DNA from: an uncultured Dehalococcoidia bacterium
GTDB taxonomy: Bacteria; Chloroflexota; Dehalococcoidia; Lucifugimonadales; Australimonadaceae
Reading direction: 5' to 3'
Length of the DNA: 64,000 nucleotides
Assembly (NCBI GenBank): GCA_958295525.1
Contig: OY282355.1
Coordinates: forward strand, 1,487,504 to 1,551,503
How positions within the stretch are numbered: the stretch's first letter is position 1; the number at the start of each line of letters is the position of its first letter. Both the position numbers and the translations under genes were made by a program. The notes below the pieces were generated by a model. It did not search any database, was not told the DNA's origin, and saw only the letters and a list, made by a program, of their open reading frames with translations. Shown here one piece after another: positions 60,084 through 64,000 of the stretch.

Positions 60084-61160
60084 CTAGTTCTTCTCGAACG
60101 AGCGCTGCAACTCCTCGAGCAGACGCTTCTGATCTTTCGAGAGTTTCTCCGGCGTGCGGACGCGGACGGTGACGAGTTGGTCGCCGCGGCGACCGTCGCG
60201 CCCGAGGTGCGGAATGCCTTTGCCTTTCATACGGAAAACGCTCCCGGGCTGCGTTCCGGCGGGAACCTTCAATTTCGCGTCGCCGTCTAGCGTCGGAACC
60301 TCCGCCTCGATTCCCATCGCCGCCGCCGGAAACGTGACGTCTAGGTCGAAGAGCACGTCGGCGCTGTTCTCGCGCCGCCGGAACGCGGGGTGCTTCTGCA
60401 CGTTGACGGTCACCAGCAGGCTTCCCGGAGGGCCGCCGTCCGGTCCCGCGTCGCCCTGCCCGCGCAACTCCAGCGTGGCGCCGTCGTAGACGCCTGCGGG
60501 CACGGCGACCTGGATGCGGCGCTTCGATTCCTCGCGCCCCAGCCCCCGGCACTGCTTGCACGGATTGACGATGCGCTGGCCGCCGCCGCCGCAAACGTTG
60601 CAGTACGCCTCCGTCACGAACTGGCCGAACACCGAACGCTGCGAGCGGCGGACGCGCCCGCTGCCCCGGCAGTTTCCGCAAGTCTCCGGCTCCGTGCCGG
60701 GCTCCGACTTGGAGCCTTTGCACGCTCCGCACTGCTCGACGCGCCCCACCGACACCTCGCGGTTGGCTCCGAACGCCGCCTCCTCGAACGTGACGCTCAC
60801 CTCGACGTGGCGGTCGCTCCCCGCCCGCGTCCGCGAGCGCGCGCCGGCAGCGCCTCCGAAGAACGAGTCGAAAATCGTGCCGAATCCGCCGAACAGGTCG
60901 GAGCCGTCGAAGCCGCCGGGCCTCGGCCCTCCGCCGTTCCCCGCCGCGTGTCCGAAGCGGTCGTAGGCGTTCCGCCGCTCCGGATCGCTCAGCGTCTGAT
61001 ACGCCTCGTTGACTTCCTTGAAACGTTCGGACGCGTCGCTCGCCTTGTTGCGGTCGGGGTGATATTCCATCGCCTTCTTGCGGAAGGCTTTGCGAATTTC
61101 CTCCTCTGACGCTTGCCGGCTGACGCCGAGCGCCTCGTAGTAGTCGCGCTTGGTCGTCAC
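60084..61160 (-). CDS. dnaJ: molecular chaperone DnaJ
   Basis: GTG start at 61160 (GTGA overlap with the hrcA stop). [35 protein letters not shown], a G/F region and four CxxCxGxG zinc motifs. Confidence 0.92.
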   Translation of the reverse strand: MTTKRDYYEALGVSRQASEEEIRKAFRKKAMEYHPDRNKASDASERFKEVNEAYQTLSDPERRNAYDRFGHAAGNGGGPRPGGFDGSDLFGGFGTIFDSFFGGAAGARSRTRAGSDRHVEVSVTFEEAAFGANREVSVGRVEQCGACKGSKSEPGTEPETCGNCRGSGRVRRSQRSVFGQFVTEAYCNVCGGGGQRIVNPCKQCRGLGREESKRRIQVAVPAGVYDGATLELRGQGDAGPDGGPPGSLLVTVNVQKHPAFRRRENSADVLFDLDVTFPAAAMGIEAEVPTLDGDAKLKVPAGTQPGSVFRMKGKGIPHLGRDGRRGDQLVTVRVRTPEKLSKDQKRLLEELQRSFEKN

Positions 61161-62236
61161 AGCGGGGCCGCCTGCCCCGAAGCGGGCGCTTCCAACGCTT
61201 GCACGAACTCGCTCAGGAACGCCGCGAGATAGCGGACGCTGGACATCGCGCGGACGTAGTCCATTCGCGTCGGCCCCATCGCCCCGACGACCCCCGTCGC
61301 CCCGTCCGGCGCGCCGTAGGTGGCGTAGACCACGCTGTAGGGGCGCAGATGCTCGTCGCGGCTTTCCCGCCCGATGACGACGCGCACCTCGGCGGGCTCC
61401 GCCGACTCCGAGAAGAGGCGCGTGAGCGAATCGTCGTCCAGGAACTCGGCGGCGTCCTGCGCGCTCTTGCTCGACTGGAACTCCGGCTGATTCAGCATCA
61501 GGCTGAGCCCGTTCAAGTAACGCTCCTGCGTCTCGCTGCCCTCCTCGTCCAAGAGAATGCGGACCGTCTCCGCGAGCGCGGTGGCGACGACGAGCGGCAG
61601 CGGCCGGCCGGAGTCGGCGAGCGATTGCAGTTCGGCGGCGCTCTTGCCCGCGGCGATCCGGTTGAGGCGGACCGCCGCCTCCGTGAGCGCGTCTTGCGCC
61701 GCGTCCTCTTCCAAGTGAATGATGCGCTGCCGGAGCCTGGCCTCTTGCATCACGACGACCAGCAGCGCCTCGCGGTCGTGCAAGTGAACCAGTTGCGCTT
61801 GCTTGACGCGGGCGACGGCGGGCTTGACCGTCGTCGCGATAGCGAGGTTCCCCACTGCGCCGGCCAGCAAGCGGGCGGCGCTGCGCGCCCATCCGGCGGG
61901 GTCCGCCTCGTCGAAGTTGATCGCCCCGCGCACCTGCTCCTGAAAGCGGCGCGGGGGGCGCGCTCCCGCCGCGCGGTCCACGTAGAAGCGGTAGCCGGGG
62001 TCGGAGGGCGCCGCCCCGGCGGAGGAGTGCGGGCGCGAGATGTACCCCATCTCCTCCAATTCGGCCATATCGTTGCGGATCGTCGCCGGACTCAGACGCA
62101 GTTCGTAGCGGCGGGCGAGTTGCCGTGACGCGACGGGAACGGCGGTCTCGATGTAGTCGCTGACGATGATCTCCAGCAACGTCTGCCTGCGCGCGTTGAG
62201 CGCCGGCGCGGGATGAGTGGCGGTTGGCTTGTTCAA
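61157..62236 (-). CDS. hrcA: heat-inducible transcription repressor HrcA
   Basis: TTG start. [71 protein letters not shown]. Confidence 0.9.
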   Translation of the reverse strand: MNKPTATHPAPALNARRQTLLEIIVSDYIETAVPVASRQLARRYELRLSPATIRNDMAELEEMGYISRPHSSAGAAPSDPGYRFYVDRAAGARPPRRFQEQVRGAINFDEADPAGWARSAARLLAGAVGNLAIATTVKPAVARVKQAQLVHLHDREALLVVVMQEARLRQRIIHLEEDAAQDALTEAAVRLNRIAAGKSAAELQSLADSGRPLPLVVATALAETVRILLDEEGSETQERYLNGLSLMLNQPEFQSSKSAQDAAEFLDDDSLTRLFSESAEPAEVRVVIGRESRDEHLRPYSVVYATYGAPDGATGVVGAMGPTRMDYVRAMSSVRYLAAFLSEFVQALEAPASGQAAPL

Positions 62237-62306
62237 GCGCTCGCTCCTGTGTGCGGCGCATTATAGCGCAGCGCGCCCGCGTGGTCTGCCCTGCCCGCCG
62301 CCGGGC

Positions 62307-62315
62307 TGGTATAGT
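62307..62315 (+). promoter_or_regulatory. extended -10 element TGgTATAGT ending 6 nt before the ATG of the enoyl-CoA hydratase gene
   Basis: TG at 62307-62308, TATAGT at 62310-62315, ATG at 62322. No Shine-Dalgarno sequence fits between them. Confidence 0.45.
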
Positions 62316-62321
62316 GCGCGC

Positions 62322-63119
62322 ATGAACGACGAACGCGATGCGCTGTTGGTGGAGCGCGACGGGGCGGTCGCGACGCTGACGCTGAACCGCCCCGAGCGGC
62401 GCAACGCCATCTCCTACGCGATGTGGCTGCGCCTGCCGGAATTGCTGGCCCGCTTGGATGCGGACGACGCCGTTCGAGTCGTGATCGTAACCGGCGCGGG
62501 AGAGCAGGCGTTTTCCGCAGGAGCCGACATCAAGGATTTCGAGGAGACTCGGAGCGACCCGGCGCGCGCGCGGGAGTACCGGCGGGCGGTTCACGCGGCG
62601 TGCGACGCGCTGGCCGGCCTCTCGAAGCCGACGATCGCCGCGGCGCGAGGCCATTGCCTCGGCGGAGGCTTGGAACTCGCGCTCTGCGCCGACGTCCGAA
62701 TAGCGTCAATGGACGCCTCGTTCGGGCTGCCCGCCGCGAAGCGCGGAATCGTAATCTCGCATGCTCACGTCGACCGTCTGCTGCGGCTCGCGGGGCCGGG
62801 GGAAACGGCCTACCTGCTCCTGAGCGGGCGCGCGATTCCCGCCGTCCGGGCGGCGGCGACCGGCGTGATCAGCATGGCGGTGCAAAGCGAGAACTTAGCC
62901 GAGCGGGCCCGCGAACTGGCGGAGGAGATCGCGTCGCTCTCGCCCGTGTCGCACCGGATGCACAAGCGCGTCCTGCGCGACTTGCTGGAGTTCGGCGCGG
63001 CTGAGCAAGTCCCGCCCGAACGCCTCGCCGCGCCGGACGAAACGGAAGCGAGCGAGGATTTCCTCGAGGGGGTGCGGGCGTTCCGCGAGAAGCGCGCCCC
63101 GCAGTTTCCGGGGCGGTAA
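62322..63119 (+). CDS. enoyl-CoA hydratase/isomerase family protein
   Basis: [16 protein letters not shown]...[21 protein letters not shown]...[19 protein letters not shown] is the crotonase signature. Confidence 0.85.
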   Translation: MNDERDALLVERDGAVATLTLNRPERRNAISYAMWLRLPELLARLDADDAVRVVIVTGAGEQAFSAGADIKDFEETRSDPARAREYRRAVHAACDALAGLSKPTIAAARGHCLGGGLELALCADVRIASMDASFGLPAAKRGIVISHAHVDRLLRLAGPGETAYLLLSGRAIPAVRAAATGVISMAVQSENLAERARELAEEIASLSPVSHRMHKRVLRDLLEFGAAEQVPPERLAAPDETEASEDFLEGVRAFREKRAPQFPGR

Positions 63120-63301
63120 TTTCCGGTTGGGGTCGCCGACATTGCATCCGCCGGCGATGCGCGCGCGGAACGGGAAAGCCCGAACTCGCTCTGGGCCTAG
63201 CCCGCATTGCGCGTTTGACGCATGAATACGCCGCCGATGGGGGTAGCAAACCGCGCCGCGCTCCCGTACAATGCCACTGACTCGCATCCTTCGGAGTTAT
63301 C

Positions 63302-64000
63302 GTGACCGAGCAGACCGCCGCCGGCAGCCCCGGCGAACCCACAATGGCCGAACTTCTGCAGGAGGAGACCCTTCCCCAGGAACTGCGGCGCGGAGACATC
63401 GTTCAAGGCCAGGTGATGGGGGTGGACCAAGACGGCATCCTCGTCTCCGTCGGCTACAAATCGGAAGGGGTCGTTCCCGCCCGCGAGATGCGGACGCTGA
63501 CGCCCGACCCTGCGGCGCACTACAGCGTCGGCGACTCCATCCACGTCTACGTGATGGACTCTTCGGGAACGGAGGGGCAGGCGCGCCTCTCGGTTGACCG
63601 CGCCCGCGCCTACGGCGCATGGACGCAACTCGAGGAGGCCGAGCGGGGCGACGGATTCATCACGGGCAAGATCTCCGGGCACAACAAGGGCGGCGCGGTC
63701 GTTGACTTGGACGGCCTGCAAGGCTTCGTTCCGCTCTCGCAGGTGGTCATCTCCCCCGGAGGCGACCCCGCCGCCGAATTGACCGCCCGCGTCGGCGAGG
63801 AGGTGCGCCTCAAGATCGTCGAGGTCAACCGCAAGCGCAACCGCGTCGTCCTCTCGGAGCGCGGCGCGCTCAAAGAGCAGCGCGAGGGGCTGAAGGATCA
63901 GTTGCTGGACACGCTGCAGGAAGGCGACGTCCGGCACGGGCGCGTCTCCGGCATATCCAACTTCGGCGCATTCGTCGACATCGGCGGCGCGGACGGCCTC
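63302..64000 (+). CDS. rpsA: 30S ribosomal protein S1 (5' partial, runs off the window)
   Basis: Open frame from GTG 63302 (GGAG 7 nt upstream) or ATG 63344 to the window end. Repeated S1 domains (GDIVQGQVMGVDQDGILVSVGYKSEGVVP; GFITGKISGHNKGGAVVDLDGLQGFVP; GDVRHGRVSGISNFGAFVDIGGADGL). Absent from the ORF track because no stop codon is reached. Confidence 0.85.
   Translation, partial: MTEQTAAGSPGEPTMAELLQEETLPQELRRGDIVQGQVMGVDQDGILVSVGYKSEGVVPAREMRTLTPDPAAHYSVGDSIHVYVMDSSGTEGQARLSVDRARAYGAWTQLEEAERGDGFITGKISGHNKGGAVVDLDGLQGFVPLSQVVISPGGDPAAELTARVGEEVRLKIVEVNRKRNRVVLSERGALKEQREGLKDQLLDTLQEGDVRHGRVSGISNFGAFVDIGGADGL

Noticed and set aside
58861-60732. 623-aa version of the ATPase ORF, and the 450-aa version of holA (50901..52253)
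   Set aside because: The N-terminal extensions are Arg/Gly-rich, overlap neighbouring genes (dnaJ antisense; the DUF1232 gene antisense) and lack similarity. Internal starts at 60039 and 51926 give canonical N-termini.
60084-62654. 856-aa ORF spanning dnaJ and hrcA
   Set aside because: Only the last 358 codons (from GTG 61160) are DnaJ. The upstream part is an alternate frame of hrcA and the divergent promoter, with Arg/Gly/Ala-rich composition.

Overview
GC-rich (by eye about two-thirds G+C) bacterial chromosomal segment, densely coding on both strands. Because of the GC content the ORF track is full of spurious antisense and out-of-frame ORFs. All motif coordinates were counted by hand and may be off by 1-2 nt.

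Core content:
- gcvH-gcvPA-gcvPB (127-3319), with gcvT unlinked 20 kb away (23570-24670).
- rpmH-rnpA-yidD-(PQQ-type propeller lipoprotein)-yidC-jag (5257-8884).
- A catabolic-looking block (9742-18432): F420-type LLM oxidoreductase, cupin, three-subunit molybdenum hydroxylase, hydantoinase B, amidohydrolase.
- etfBA, menA, CoA-transferase A/B, comM, nitroreductase, MFS transporter, mgtE, holA, radA.
- hrcA-dnaJ-(2-gene insert)-prmA, enoyl-CoA hydratase, and the 5' part of rpsA.
- One stand-alone 5S rRNA gene (about 40223-40343, minus strand) with its own promoter and a hairpin at its 3' end. No 16S/23S rRNA or tRNA was recognised.

Accessory content:
- A visibly more AT-rich stretch (about 27.8-35.5 kb) holds a Dam-like methyltransferase with a putative endonuclease, a fused nuclease-methyltransferase with a separate specificity protein (Type IIG/IIB-like), a HicAB-like pair and an orphan zinc-ribbon protein.
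- A HEPN/MNT toxin-antitoxin pair (42558-43324).
- An ABC-type ATPase plus DUF4276 (Toprim-like) pair inserted between dnaJ and prmA (58239-60039).

Most notable observations:
1. A rhodanese sulfurtransferase has an in-frame TGA exactly at the catalytic-Cys position, followed by a 17-nt hairpin 10 nt downstream. This makes it a candidate selenoprotein.
2. The ATPase/DUF4276 module is a candidate uncharacterised defence system.
3. An abundant mosaic palindromic repeat family (core TTCCCGC-N4-GCGGGAA, roughly 45-50 copies) fills at least 10 intergenic regions.
4. A roughly 1000-aa membrane protein combines zinc ribbons, a J domain, a trypsin-like protease and two lectin-like repeats. It has a probable 1-nt frameshift at its 3' end.

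No CRISPR array, transposase, integrase or prophage genes were seen. Taxonomy cannot be fixed from this window. The short monoderm-type YidC, the F420-type enzyme and the unlinked 5S gene are compatible with Chloroflexota or Actinomycetota-like lineages, at low confidence.
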